Of a DNA stretch of 64,000 nucleotides, positions 22,611 to 35,210 are shown in pieces; within the stretch, counting starts at the first letter, position 1, and every line of letters starts with the position of its first letter. The notes below the pieces were generated by a model, which saw only the letters and a list, made by a program, of their open reading frames with translations, searched no databases and was not told where the DNA came from. Source of the stretch: Lama guanicoe (Eukaryota); NCBI GenBank assembly GCA_013239625.1, contig MU053559.1, positions 1 through 64,000 of the forward strand, given 5' to 3'. A program made the position numbers and the translations under genes.

Positions 22611-25600
22611 CTGTGGGGCGGAGGAGAAAAGGCGTGGATCTGATGCCCTGAAAGGCTGGTTCTGACCCCCCGCCAGTCCCTTCTGAGCCTCTGTGCTGGC
22701 CCACCCTCACCAGCCAGCTGCTGTTTTCTCTTCTGCTGCCTCTTGCTATCCTCTAATCATATTAAGTCCTACACACTCGCAGAAAACGTACAAAATATAG
22801 GAAAGCACCAGGAAGCAGGGAAAAAGTCACATCTCAGCCCGAGGCAACCACCATTACCATCTCGGAAAATTTCATTCCACACATTCTACGAAATCTGCGG
22901 GCATAATTTCACAGTAAGAAGCATCCGCTTAACAGTAAGAAGCATCATTATATACTTTTGTAAACACCTGAAATGGCTGCTACAGAGCCATTCCCTTCCT
23001 ACTGGGCAGCTAGGTTGTCTCCTTCATTTTGTTCCCACAAAGCTGACTTCAGCAGACATCATCCGGCACAGCTTAAGGAACAGTTTGGATCATTTCCCTA
23101 GGGTGTATTTCTGGCTGTGGAGGAAACCATCTTTTCCAAGAAAGGGCGAGTGAGGACCGTGGGGCACAGGAAGCAGCAAAGGGAAGGAAGCAACTGGAGA
23201 ACGGGAAGGAGGTCAGCAGAAAAGGCAGTAACCCAGAGTCACAGAGGCCTAGGTCCCTCCGCCAACCCTCCACCCACCACCATATCAGCCTGGCAGGTCA
23301 CTGAACCTCCCTGAGCCTCACCCTCCTCACCTGAAAATGGAGCACAGGGGGAGCCAGGATGTGTACGCCCTGCACAGGACAGTCAAGAGAAATGACACAT
23401 CAAGCCAGACAAACCCAGGGCCTGACACGGAGCACGGGCTGAATCAACCGTAGGTATTTGCTGGTCTCTCTCCTCCTTCACCAGGCAAGCCAGACCCCAA
23501 GGTCGGAGTGGCAGAAACCAAGCATATTTCAGCCAGTCCTGGCCAGGGGTGGGGTCATGAGGATCAAGGAGAAATCGCTGTTCTCCTTCTCACAAATGAG
23601 TATCAGCTGTTTACAGATTAAGGCAAATGAGGGAATCATTAACTAAAACACGTGCGGAGACCTGAGAAGGGCTGAGGCCACAGCTCAGACTTTTTTCTTC
23701 CCTAGAAGGAACAAGATGCTGTTGACATTTCTGGAAGCGGCTGCAACTGTTTGAAAACACATAATTGACCACCTTCATAATTACCTACAGAAACAGTATC
23801 ACTAGCTGACCTGAATATAGTGCTTCCTATGCTACTTCACGGTACAGCTTCACATTTATTCATCTAACCCTCACGGCAACCCTCTGAGATAGGTACTCTT
23901 CTGAAGCAGGCAGTATTATTATCCTCTTACAGATGGCGAAACAGAAGCCGAGTAAATCGCTCAAGGTCAAACGGCTTTGCAGTGAAGATGGAAACCTAGG
24001 CTTTCGGCTCCTAAGTCTGCTCGAAACCAGCAAACTGCTGCTTCTTGGATGAGGGAGGCTGGGATCTTATCACAGCCCATCTTTAGTCCTCTCCAGAGTA
24101 GATAGAGGGAGACAGCAATGATGGACAAGCTCCCTGCCTCCAGCTTCATTCAAGCTTTGCTTTGGGCCTGCCTTTTGCCCACCTATTTATTTCCAGTTTC
24201 CCTGCCTTCATGGGACATGTGGCTAGAAGACCACCAGACACAGAAGTGGCTGCAAGAAGTGCTTTTACTAGCACCCTCTCAGAGGAGGCTTGAACCAGGT
24301 ACCTGGATCTAGACGTTTGGAAGCTCCCGAAGGGACCATCTGTCTTTCACCACAGACTAGGGCTCACGCATCCCACCAAAGGTACTTGAATCAGAATACT
24401 ATACGGCACAGCGTGGGTGATTCCAGGAGCCCAGCCATCAACTCCTGCTTCTCACGGCTGAGAAAAGAGGATTTGGGGCCAATTGGTTTAGTCCTGCACC
24501 AGTCCCCTGAGTGGGTCAAAAATCCAGGTTTTACAAAAATTTGGATTTGTGGCCCAATACAATTTCTACTGATTTCTTTTGCTGGTGAGGTCCTTCATTA
24601 AAGAAAATTTCTTCTTCCTAGGATCTTCTAAAGCAAGCATTCTCCAGAAGACCCACAAACAGCAAGGCAACCCTCCTCCTGGGAAGATACGAAAACAAAT
24701 TCTTCAGTCCCCAGAACATCTATTCCAAAGCCGGGGAGGGTGAGAAGCAGGAGAGGGCATCCAAAAATCAGATCAAGCTGTTCAGCCAATCCCAAGATCC
24801 ACAAAGTCAGCAGAAGTACACGGGTCACTCTCCCCACCTCCAAAGTCCGAGAGATGAAAGCAGGAGACAAGCATCTATTGTTCACCTCCTGCAACGTGGG
24901 CCCTTTTCATTGATACACCAAGTCATTTGAAAACCTTTGCATTTATCCTTCAAAGCAACACCCTTTTTACCAATGCAGAAACCGAGGCTCAAGGAATCGT
25001 GTCTCTGCCCCCTCTAACTGCTAACTACATACCATGCTGATAACATCCAAAGAGGGTTCCATTTTGAAGACAGTCTTTGAAACTGTGTACAAAAAAAAAA
25101 CCTAAATATCCTTGAACTGTCTTTCACAGTAAATATTCAGGGGCAGCTCTGACCTTAATCAAAAGGAGGATGGTGAAAGAAATGGAGTACAAATGTTTAC
25201 TGACTCACGAATCAGTAACAGAGAAGAGGGGTTCTTAGAAATATGGCGAGGAAGGAGATTAAGAACAAAACTGTACCTCTAATGTGCTTGCTAATTTTCG
25301 AGAAGGAAACCTGCCCTTTTGGCATCAACCCCACAAACGCCACGTGGCCTCGCCTCCAGGGCAGTGGGCAGTAGTGGGCTGGAGCACACAGACCAGGGAA
25401 ACTCTTGAGCATGCATCCTTTGGGTGCTCTTGAGAACAAGTCAAGACAGGTGGCGGAAAAGGGGCCCTGTCAGGCCTGCATGCCTGTCTCCTGGGCGTGA
25501 AAATTCTTCCTACCATCAGGAAACTCTGTGAACTCTGACCTCAGACAGCACCTAGGGACACCAGGGGGTGAGATTTCAGAAAGTGCTGTGGGCCCCAGCC

Positions 25601-26104
25601 TAGGCCAGCCGAGACAGTACCCAAAAGTGAATCGCCACAGAGAGTGAGCAAGCGAGGGCGGACGAGCCCCACGGAGAAAAGCAAAGCCGACTTTCAGAGC
25701 AGTCACATCACTGCCACCGCCACCGCCGCCACCCGCCCGCCCGAGTCCTCTGAGAGCACCCCCAACACTCCGGTTTTCAAAGAACCTGGCTAGCCCAAAG
25801 TGGGTCACACACTGAAACCCAAAGGGAAACTCAGCAGACCCCAGCTCCCGGGCAGTCAGCCTGAAGATACTGCTGACTCCAAGGGGACTGGTGGCGTCAG
25901 AAACCTGCCTGAGATACTTGGAACCCCAGTTACCCTGAGCCATCTGCTTTCTGAAGAAAACAGGGTTTGAAGGAGGCTGTGAAAGCCACCAAGTTATGTG
26001 GGGCACTGCTCTGCCTTCCCTAGTGACAGTCTGTGTTGGTGTCAGCTCTGGGACTTACAGTCCGTAGGGGAGGGAGCTGAGTGGTTTATGGTGCTATGAG
26101 CTTG

Positions 26105-26370
26105 TTTCAGCAATGACTTCATTCATTTGGCCGTGACCCACAGTAAGAAATACATTTTACATCATAACCCAGCACATGCCCAGACATGTGTAAATACATA
26201 CACGTATATATATATAACTGAAAACCTCAAAACCGGTTGTTCTTTGAATGAAACAACACTTACCTTTACTGCATGTTGTGATGTGCTCTGAATATTTCCT
26301 ATGCTATTTTTTAAATGTTTGTTGGAATCCAGTAAATTGATTTCACGTCTCAATAAAGGCCATTCTGAAT
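26105..26370. mobile_element. hAT-Charlie-like DNA transposon remnant
   Basis: GTGACCCACAGTAAGAAATACATTTTACATCATAACCCAG..AAATTGATTTCACG resembles MER/Charlie elements; subfamily not resolved. Confidence 0.55.
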
Positions 26371-26374
26371 AACC

Positions 26375-26720
26375 CTGGCTCTGCCATCTGCCAGCTGTGT
26401 GACCTGGAGCACGTTACTTAACCTCTCTATGCCTCGGTTTCCTCATCTGTGAAAATGGTGTCATAGTAATACCTCCCTCAGGGAGCTGTTGGGCAAATTG
26501 AGGAAATATTTTTAAATCGCCTGTAAAGTGCTTAACGAACAGTGATCCCCTCCAAGTTCCCACTGAAAGAAACTGAGGCCCTGAAAAGGAAAGCAACTTG
26601 CCCCGCACTGCGCAGCTGGGAAGACACATCACCCAGCCTGGCACGGCAGCTGAGAACTGGGGTACCAGAGCAGGACCGCCCGGCTCAGATCCCGGCTCAG
26701 CCACTTTCATAACACGTGGC
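26375..26720. mobile_element. MIR SINE fragments
   Basis: CCTGGCTCTGCCA..GCTGTGTGACCT..TTAACCTCTCTATGCCTCGGTTTCCTCATCTGTGAAAATGG core; second GAAACTGAGGC core nearby. Confidence 0.8.
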
Positions 26721-29149
26721 CTCAGGCCTACGTCCTTAGTCATGATGCCCTACCAGTTTTCTGTGGACTAAAAAAGGACCACTTTCACACTAAAACCCTC
26801 ACTCTCCAGACAACTAAGATGAGCCCTGGCCCGTCCAGTGTCGACTTCGATTGTTCTGATTTCCCCTAAGGCTGCCAACTTGGAGAGCAAGTTGGGTCCC
26901 CATCCATTCACCTACAAGTACGGCTAAAAATCGCTGAGGCCTTACTGTGCATCAGCCCAGTGATGGACCCTGGAGACGCCGGGGTGAGCGAACATGACTA
27001 GGAAGCTTACAATTTTGTGTGGAAGACATCAAAAAAAGATACTCACACTCATTCTTTCAGCAAACATTTATTGAGCACCTGTTAAGTGCCAGGCACCATG
27101 GCAGGCCCTGTGGGAATACAGCAATGAACAAAAGGAGACCATGTCCCTACCCCTCACGGAGCTTACAGTCTAGAAGGGCAGAGGTCATCCAGTAATCCCC
27201 TAGTGAAGGTCTAACTGCAAACTGAGGTCAGGGCCTTCAGAAGAGGAAAGAATGCACTAGAACAAGGGGCCATGGCCCAAACTACAGGGTCAGGGAGGGT
27301 TTAGGATGCTTAGAAGGAAAATGAGCAAGGGAAGGGTCGGAGAGTGAGAAGCTGCTCAGGACTCCGGGGGCGGAGGAGGTGATGGGATTCAATCTTGAAC
27401 AAGGGGAGTCTGAGGCATCTGTGGGACATCAGCCAAGCGGAGACACTGAGTTTGTATATATGAGGCTGAAAGAAACAGCAACAAGAAAAAGAAGGGCCAG
27501 ACAGTTCAGGGAAAAGCAGCAGAGGGTGGTTCCAAGGCAAGGGAAGAGAGTGTAGTAAGCAGGAGTGCCCAACCACTTCAAGAAGAACACCAAAATAAAA
27601 AACAAGCTATGGAATCTGGTAAGTGCAGGGGACGGAAGCCAGTGGAGAAGACAAGTGTAGGCAACTCTTAAGAGGGGGGTTGGCAATGAAAGGTAGGAGG
27701 GTGATTGGGTGCTGGCCAGGAGCAGTAGGGACAGAGGTGGAGTCAAAGGACAGATTTTTAAGACAGCAGAGACGCTGGCAGGTGTAAAGGCCAATAGAGA
27801 GGCTCAGGCAAGGACAGTGAAAAGCTGTCAGGAGAGAATGGGGTAACTGCTTGTCAGGTTCTGGAGCGAGTGACAGAACAACGGATCCCAGGGAACCCAG
27901 GGCAAGAGTCGAGACTCCAGCCTGAGGGAGAAAAAGGGCCCCCTCCTCCCCTGTAACACAAGGGAGGGGCATTGGTTTGTAGGTTTGGGGGCTACAAGTC
28001 GTAGGGAGTCCATTCTTATGCTTTCTACTTTTTTTTTTAAGCAGAAAGTCTGAAGGTAAAGAACATTCAAAAGAGTCACCTCAGGGAGGAGACAAGAGTG
28101 GATGGGAATAATACAGTAGGACAGCCAGGCAGGGGGGGAAGTGACCCTGGATTTGTGGCAATGCTCATCTGCTCTGCTATAGGACTTTCTCTAACAGGGC
28201 TTGCCTGCTTGGCTGATCAGTGCTCTAAACTTTTTTTTTTCCAAATGGGGCCTGAGGAGGCTGGGATGGGCAGGCTTCCAGGAGGAAGCACTCTTGTATC
28301 CTTCATCTGAAGGATGAAAATGAGGAGACTGCAAGAGGCACAGGGCCAACATTCCTGGTGAGGAAAATAGCATGGGCAAAGGCCCTGGGGCAGGAAGGGG
28401 GGCAAAGCACCTTGGAAAGACCACGGTGACAGAAGCTCAGAAGGCAGAGGATGGCGTGAGGTAAGACTAGCAGCCATGGGGGCCAGACTGGGGGAGAGGG
28501 CAGGGGGTGCCTGAGGTTTTCTTGGTCTTTATTTTTAAGAGGAATAGGACACCTCCCAAGGGTGTTAAGCCAAAGCAGACCTGGAGGGCTCCTCCCTACA
28601 CCAGCCCTAGGACTTTGAAATCTGGGAGCCTCAGTTTGCTCATCCAGAAAAGAGGGATCAAAACAGTCTATCTCACAGGGAATGGTGAAAGGATTAGATG
28701 AGACTGGACATGCAAATACTCAGCAGGGTCTCCACCAGGGCTCTTACAACAAGCCCTCCAGACCTGCCCCTCCCACCTGTTCCACCAGAGGCCCTTTGAC
28801 ATCTTAGCGCCCGTCTGCAGCTTTGGCCCTGTTTGAACCTAGCACTGTGCCCAGCACGTAGCAGGCCCTCAATAAATGCTTGTTGATGGATCATCTCTAT
28901 GCCTAAGGGTTATCAAAGGCCTGGTCCAGCAAAGCCAGGAATGCAGCCATTTCGGTTTCTGAGCTGTCTCCCGATGGACTAGCAGACTCCTTCCATGCCC
29001 TCACCTGACATGGCTGCACTCGGTACACTGTGGGCCAGCAGCCGATACTCCCTGAACAGGAAGCCCTCTGCATCAGGGCTCCCACAGGCTGAGGCTATCC
29101 CCTGAGATCCTCCACCATCTCCCAAGAGGGCTGGGTCACAGGGAGCAGC

Positions 29150-29520
29150 TGTTCTTCAACAGCGCTCCATGTCACCGGCAGCACACAAGTTTTGAAACAA
29201 TAATAAGTTGAAATGTACTCGTTAAGAAAGCCACCGACCTACAAAGAAAATCTTATCGCTGATCTTGCAATGAGCACCAACCGCCCCTTTGCAAGAGCTG
29301 AGATCAAGATAAAGAAGCTATCAAAAAGCCATCTGCCCACTTAAAATAATATCACAAGTCATGTTAGGAACCACAGACCTGGGGCCAGATACCAAAACAA
29401 TTGTCTGAACGGGCTGCTTCAATTTCTCCTTAAAACCACCCATGTATTTTAAAAGAAAAACACCCTCTCCACCCACCTTGGCCCTGCAAGCTTTTGATTT
29501 CTCTGTTCCCTTCCTTTCAC
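29150..29520. promoter_or_regulatory. Candidate FOXP3 distal enhancer (CNS0-equivalent position) in PPP1R3F intron 1
   Basis: Non-repetitive block ~8.3-8.6 kb upstream of the FOXP3 TSS with GATA (AGATAA, TTATC) and RUNX (AACCACA) motifs. The call is positional inference from mouse CNS0 (~8 kb upstream). Confidence 0.4.
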
Positions 29521-31793
29521 ACTCTAAAATGACCAAACTCTGTTACCCAAACTGTCACGTCTCACAGACAGGGCTCCCACGACAGCCGGCTGGGATGATG
29601 ACTTGGGAAAAGTGACAGAAATGAAGGCAATGCTGGAGCACTTGGAACAGCTCGATATCTTGATCTGGGTGACAGTTTCACAAGGGCATACATAATGTAA
29701 AAATCTATTGAGCTTTACACTTATGATCAATAAGGAAAAAAAGATAAAAGTAAAGCAAGACATGCTGGGAACATGTGAACACCAGGAATGAAATGCAGAA
29801 TTTGCCCTGCATCCTGTTTGGTCTTCAAAAGGAACAGCAGTTTTTTGAAACCTCGTCCCTGATCCTGTCACTCACAAACTGGCTCACTTCTCTGAGCTAC
29901 CTCAGTTTCCCCCTCTGTTAAATGGACAAAATCATAGCACCTACACCACACAGCACGCACAGGACTCAGGAAAGAACAAACTTGCAGCTCTCAACACAGA
30001 GATCAGCAAACGTGGGCCATTGTTCATCTTTCAAAGCTACCACCGTGCTTTAGTTACCTCGCCCATGCTTGCCGCGTCCAATCCAAGCACACGAAGTGAC
30101 TGCATTCCCCTTGAGCAGATGAGAAAACTGAGGCTTCCAGATGAAGAGCCTGAGGCAAGGCTACACAGCTGGTAACAGGCACATCAGACTTTGGGAAGGG
30201 GATCCAAGGAACCACCTGTGATTCCCTAAATATTGACACTTAACACCGAATAGTGCTACTAAGAGCCAGGCTAGGTTCTGAGCGCTTTCACGTGTCTCCT
30301 GTGAAGCAGGTGCAACAATTATCTTTGTTTTACAGATGAGGGTACTGAGGCACAGTGCGGTTAAACGAGTCGGCCAAGGTCACAAGACCAAGAAATGACA
30401 AGACTGGAATTTGAACCCAGGCACTCTGATGTCAGAGTTCACACTCTCACCACTGTAAGGAAAGCCACGCTGCCTGCCCTGCTCAGACTAAGTCTTAGGT
30501 TACTGCGAGGCTCACCAGTTCGTAAGTGGGTACCTGTCTGCCTGTTCACTTACCCAGGCACATCTGCCCACAAGCCTCAAGCTAGACCTTTCTGAACCAC
30601 TCACAGCCTAAGGCTTTGCTAAGATCACAAATACCTTGCTGCGGCCAGAGGCTTGTAATCAAGCACAAACAAGGTCCAAAAAGCATTCTCCCATTCCCGT
30701 TTCCAGTCCTCCCAGGAGCAGGGAAATGGATACATTTCTCACACGTGCATGGAGAATCTACTTATGCCAGGCTAGACTTATGTAATTCCCCCCAAAATCA
30801 GGCCTAGCTGCTACCTTGAAGAACTCGTGGCTTGACAGAGAAAACCTAGGAGAATTTTGTATCAGGGCCTCCTGGGGTTAACTGGTTCCTTTTCCCAGGC
30901 CCTGAATGCTCACAGGTGGTATAGCAAAAACAAAGGTCAAGAGCTTCCAGTCCAGGCCCACCTGGTTCTGCCTCTGCCAGAGCTACTGCTTCCCTGTGAG
31001 AGCAGAGGCTCAGCCACTCAACTCCACAGGAGGTATCAGACTAGAATCAGAGCAAAACAGTCAAGAGAGTGCACAGGCCTCAAGGTCAGACATGGCTGAA
31101 TGGAAAAAGCCCAGGCGCCATCACTTCCTCAACCAGTTTCTCCCTCTGGAACCCTGGTTTCCTGCTGTCAAATGGGGATCAGATTCCCTGCCACCCACTG
31201 ATCCACACTACCATGTCACTGCAGTTCTCTCCACTTCCAGCACACTACCCTTCATTCACACCAGGCTCCTTCCCTGGACCACCTCAGGACCTTTGCGCTT
31301 ACTATTCTCTCTCCCTAGAACACGCTTGCTCCTGAATGTGTACATAACTGCTCCTCTTTATCATTCAGGACCCAGTTTAAGCGACCCTCCCCAAATCCCC
31401 TGCCTAAAGCATCTACTGCCTCCCAAGCTATCCCCTTACTCTTATTTTACTTTCCTCTCTGCAGCTAACCTTTTACCTATATATCTTATCTGCTTGCTGG
31501 TTGTTTTTTCAAACTGTCTCTCCTAAGAGCCTGTTATGAACTTTGAGGGCAGGGAAGATGTCTGTCTTGCACAGGGCTTTACAATGGAACTCAATAAATG
31601 AATGAATGAAACCCCAATAATTAAAACAGAGACTAGCACATGTTTAATCTCCATTGGCTCTTTGACTAACTGACTGAATACGCCCTCCTCCCTGTCCTGG
31701 AGAGCAGGCCTGAGGGGGTTCCTGGGTCAGAATGCTTGTCCTCCATCCTAGACACAGCCCTGCGTTGGCGGAGGTGGCGCTGGCAGACATTAC

Positions 31794-32766
31794 CTGCGCC
31801 TCACCGGCTTCATGCAGCTCTTCAGCTGCCTGGCCTCAGCCTCCACAGGACCCTGGCACTCGGGCTGTGGCTCCAGCTGCTGCTGCTGCTGGGGCAGCCC
31901 TTCGACATCAGTGGGTGTGGGAGCGGGTGCGATCCGGAGCAGGACTGTGTAGTTGCGGCCGTGGTTGTTGGCCCAGAAAGTGCCCTCGGGGGTCTCATAG
32001 CGCACCACGAAGTCCAGGCGCGCCCCATCGCCCGCGCCCTCAGCAAAGGGCAGCTGGAAGGCAAAGCGGTCGGTGCGGCCGCCGTCATCGGGCGAGGAGG
32101 CGGACGCCTGGCTGGGGCCCAGGTCAAGGCCCAGATCCAGGATGGGATCTCCTGCTCCTGGTACTCCCGCTCCTGCCCCCGGCGGGCTGCGCGGGACGTA
32201 GCGCGCTGGGTGGTCGCAGAAGGAAGCCCAGCCGTCGTGTGAGGCCCGCACGTGCACCGCCTTCTCGAAGGAACGGTTCAGCACGCGGACCAACCCGCGC
32301 ACCACCGGCGGGCGTCCCCCAGGCACCCACACCCCGGCACCCCCAGGGACCGCTCCGGGAGGCGGCAGCAGCGCCTCCAGCTCCACCATGACGCGCCCCA
32401 AGCGCTCCAAACGGCCCAGCGCGGGCGGCAGCGAAAATGTGGGCACCAGGTAAAACCCCCCGCCAGCGGGGACGGGGCACAGCGGCGAGGGCTCAGGGCA
32501 AGTCTCCTCTTCCTCCTCTCCTTCATCCCCATCCTCGCCATCGTCGTCCTCGTCAGCCCCGCCGCGGCCGCCATCTTGCCCGCCCCAGGCCCGCCCCACG
32601 GCCGGTAGCGGCGCAGCTGCGCCAGCGGCAGCCCCAGGGCCTCGTCGGCGAACAGCACCCTCCGCGGGGCCACCGCTGCCTCGACTGAGGTGCGGGGCTC
32701 ACCCGCGGCCGGCGAGGGGGGCGCAGGATGCCGCAGCGGGGGCTCCACAGGGGCCGTGCGCGCCAT
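31794..32766 (-). CDS. PPP1R3F: PPP1R3F exon 1 (RVxF PP1-binding motif RVLF, CBM21 glycogen-binding domain); as written it contains a frameshift near 32555-32580
   Basis: ATG 32766 [53 protein letters not shown] in one frame; [44 protein letters not shown] in another frame; donor CAG|GTAATG at 31794/31793. Confidence 0.95.
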
Positions 32767-33720
32767 ATCGGCGGCGGCGGCGGCGGCACCGACGGCACCG
32801 GCGGCGGGACCGGCGGGGGCAGGGCCTGAAGGGGCTTGCAGCCAATAGGAAGGCCAGCGCCGGGTGGGTACGACTCACGGGGGGCGTAGGCGGCGAGACG
32901 AAGACAGGTATAGTGGAGAGCCAATGAGGAGCCGCGCACGCGTGACGTAGGTGGTGAAGCAAGTGCAGGGGAAGCACGCAGCCAATAGGGATGCCCGAGA
33001 GTGGGCGGTGTAGGAGGCGGGATGATCGGGGAATCAATGGGGGGGGCCTGAAGTGGGGGTGGTGCGGGGTCCGGGATGAAGAGAGCAGGCGCAGGATAGC
33101 TAATTGGGGAAGCGGGATAAGGAGTGACGTGTGGGCGGCGGGGAAAATGGAATGGCTACAGGCGATAGGGGCAGCAGGTAGCGAACGGAGAGGCCAGAAA
33201 AGTCGGAAATCCGTAGGTTGCTTAGGTAGTGGGATGGAAGATAGAGATAGCGAACAGCCAATGGGAAGCCGCGCACCGGTGGCGTAGGGATGACAATAAT
33301 GGCTGTAGCAAACCAACGAGGAGTCTTTTCAGTGTGCACTGCACCTTCAAGGGGCGGGCCGTGGTGGGGCTAACCAATACGGAAACTAGAAGATGACCCA
33401 GAGGTGGTGTGTGCGAGGCTTTGGAGGCGGGACTGGAGGGGAAGAGCCAATGGGGTGGGCGATGTAGGCGGGAGCGAGGAAGAGAGACGGTGGATAGCCA
33501 ATGGGCGAGCCAGAGTGAAGGCAGTTGAGCCTTCAAAGGGCAGTGCTAGAACGGGATGAACCAATGCCGAAGCCACAAAGTGTAGCGGGACGGAAGTACA
33601 TGGAGGCGGGACGGCGAAGAGCAGAGCCAACCGGGGTGTTGTAGGTGGTGTGAAAGAGGGGATGAGCAGCCAATAAGTAGGCCAGAGAAGAGGGTGCGTA
33701 GGCCTTCTGGGCTGCAGGTT
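31860..33720. promoter_or_regulatory. CpG island / PPP1R3F promoter with CCAAT, GC-box, CRE-like and ETS motifs
   Basis: Very high GC and CpG density; nine CCAAT boxes (32842-33674), GGCGGG boxes, TGACGT at ~32943 and ~33125, CGGAAGT at 33591. Confidence 0.9.
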
Positions 33721-34669
33721 GGTAGGGCCGCAGAACCGTAGAATGCAGGCAGCCCTTAGGAAGAGTATTCCTCTCGTGGATTGATTTACCTTCTCCTTAA
33801 CACTCCGTGACTCCCCATTACCCCAGGGCTGTGAATGCCAGGGCCCCTGAAGACCTAGACTGCATCCTAGTTTCAGATCTAAGAAAGCAGAACGGACTGT
33901 TCTGTCACAGTACTGCCCACTTCGGAGCCTTTGCTTGAGTGGTACTAGTGCCAAGAATGCCCCTGATTTTCATCCTCAGAGTTCTTCAAGACTTGGCACC
34001 ATTGTTGAATGAATGGCCAAATGAGAAATGGAGCTTTTTTGGAAGATTAGCTTTTTCTAACTCGAGCTCAGCAAAACACGGAGCACGACTGTATGCAGCA
34101 GGTTGGGCATGTTGGCGGACATTGACTAACGTAAACCCAAATCAAAGCCCTATTTTTCTTGTGTGACTCAAACTCTACACCCGACAGTGGCCTCACCTCC
34201 CTTCTTTCTGTCCCCAGCCTCTGCTCTTACTACTCCCTCTCCCAAGAGTGCTGCTTCTGCTTCCTCATCTAGTGAACTCCTTTTACTCCTTTTCCATTCT
34301 CACTTTGAGATCCTGCCTCCTGTGGGAATGGAATTGTAGCTTGTGTCCGCTTAACATGGCCATTCATTCATTCCCCCCTCCATCCTGGGAGGATTTTCAG
34401 AACACCTACTGTATGCAAGGTTCTAACTCACAGCATCCGTAGGAGGGAGGCAGTTTCTCCAGCAGGCTCCCCTCCTTAGGTCTCAGTGTCCAGGATGGGG
34501 TCGTGGGTCAGGAACCAATACATTTAGTTGCAAGTAACAGGGGAAAAAGCCCACAAAATAATGTGGGCTTAAACAAGATAGAACTTTATTTGTTCTCACC
34601 TACAAGTTCAAGCTGTTAAGTAGTACAGGGACTCCTTCCTGCCCGCAGATCCTGTCCTGGTCTGGCCCC

Positions 34670-35210
34670 AAGACTCTCATCCTTCAACAAATCCTGTCAG
34701 CTCTCCATTTATTTCCCAAATATACCATCTCCTGGCCCCATCCACTGCCAGCACCTTCATCAGTCACCTGGACTATTGCTGTAGCCTCCCTTTCAGTGGT
34801 CCCCTGCTTCCATCCTCACTCCAGCAATCAGAGGGATCCTGTGAAATCCTGAAACGGTTCATGTCTCTCCCTTGCTCACAACCCTCCCGTGACCTCCTAC
34901 TCACTCAGAGTAAATCCAAAGTCCTTACCATGAGCTACAAGGTCCCACATGGTTTTTAACACCTCCCAGCCTCCTCTCTGACCTCAGTTCCTACCCCTCT
35001 TCCTTTTGCTCACACCATTCTAAGCACACCAACCTCCTTCATAGACCTTGAGCAAATTAGGCTCACTCCTACCTCAGGACCTTTGCACTGCCTGTTTCCT
35101 CAGAATTACTCAGAAGAATTATGCTTCCCTCCCTCACCTCCTTCAAGTCTTTATCAAAGGCTCCCTTCTCTGGGGACTTTCACCAACCTCTCTGTTTAAT
35201 CCTGCCCACT
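34670..35210 (+). mobile_element. L2 element
   Basis: CACCTGGACTATTGCTGTAGCCTCC..CACTCAGAGTAAATCCAAAGTCCTTACCATG..CCTCAGGACCTTTGCACTG. Confidence 0.75.

Noticed and set aside
31732..33954. Multiple overlapping 100-220 aa ORFs on both strands of the CpG island
   Set aside because: Expected from stop-codon scarcity in GC-rich DNA; only the PPP1R3F frames match a known protein.
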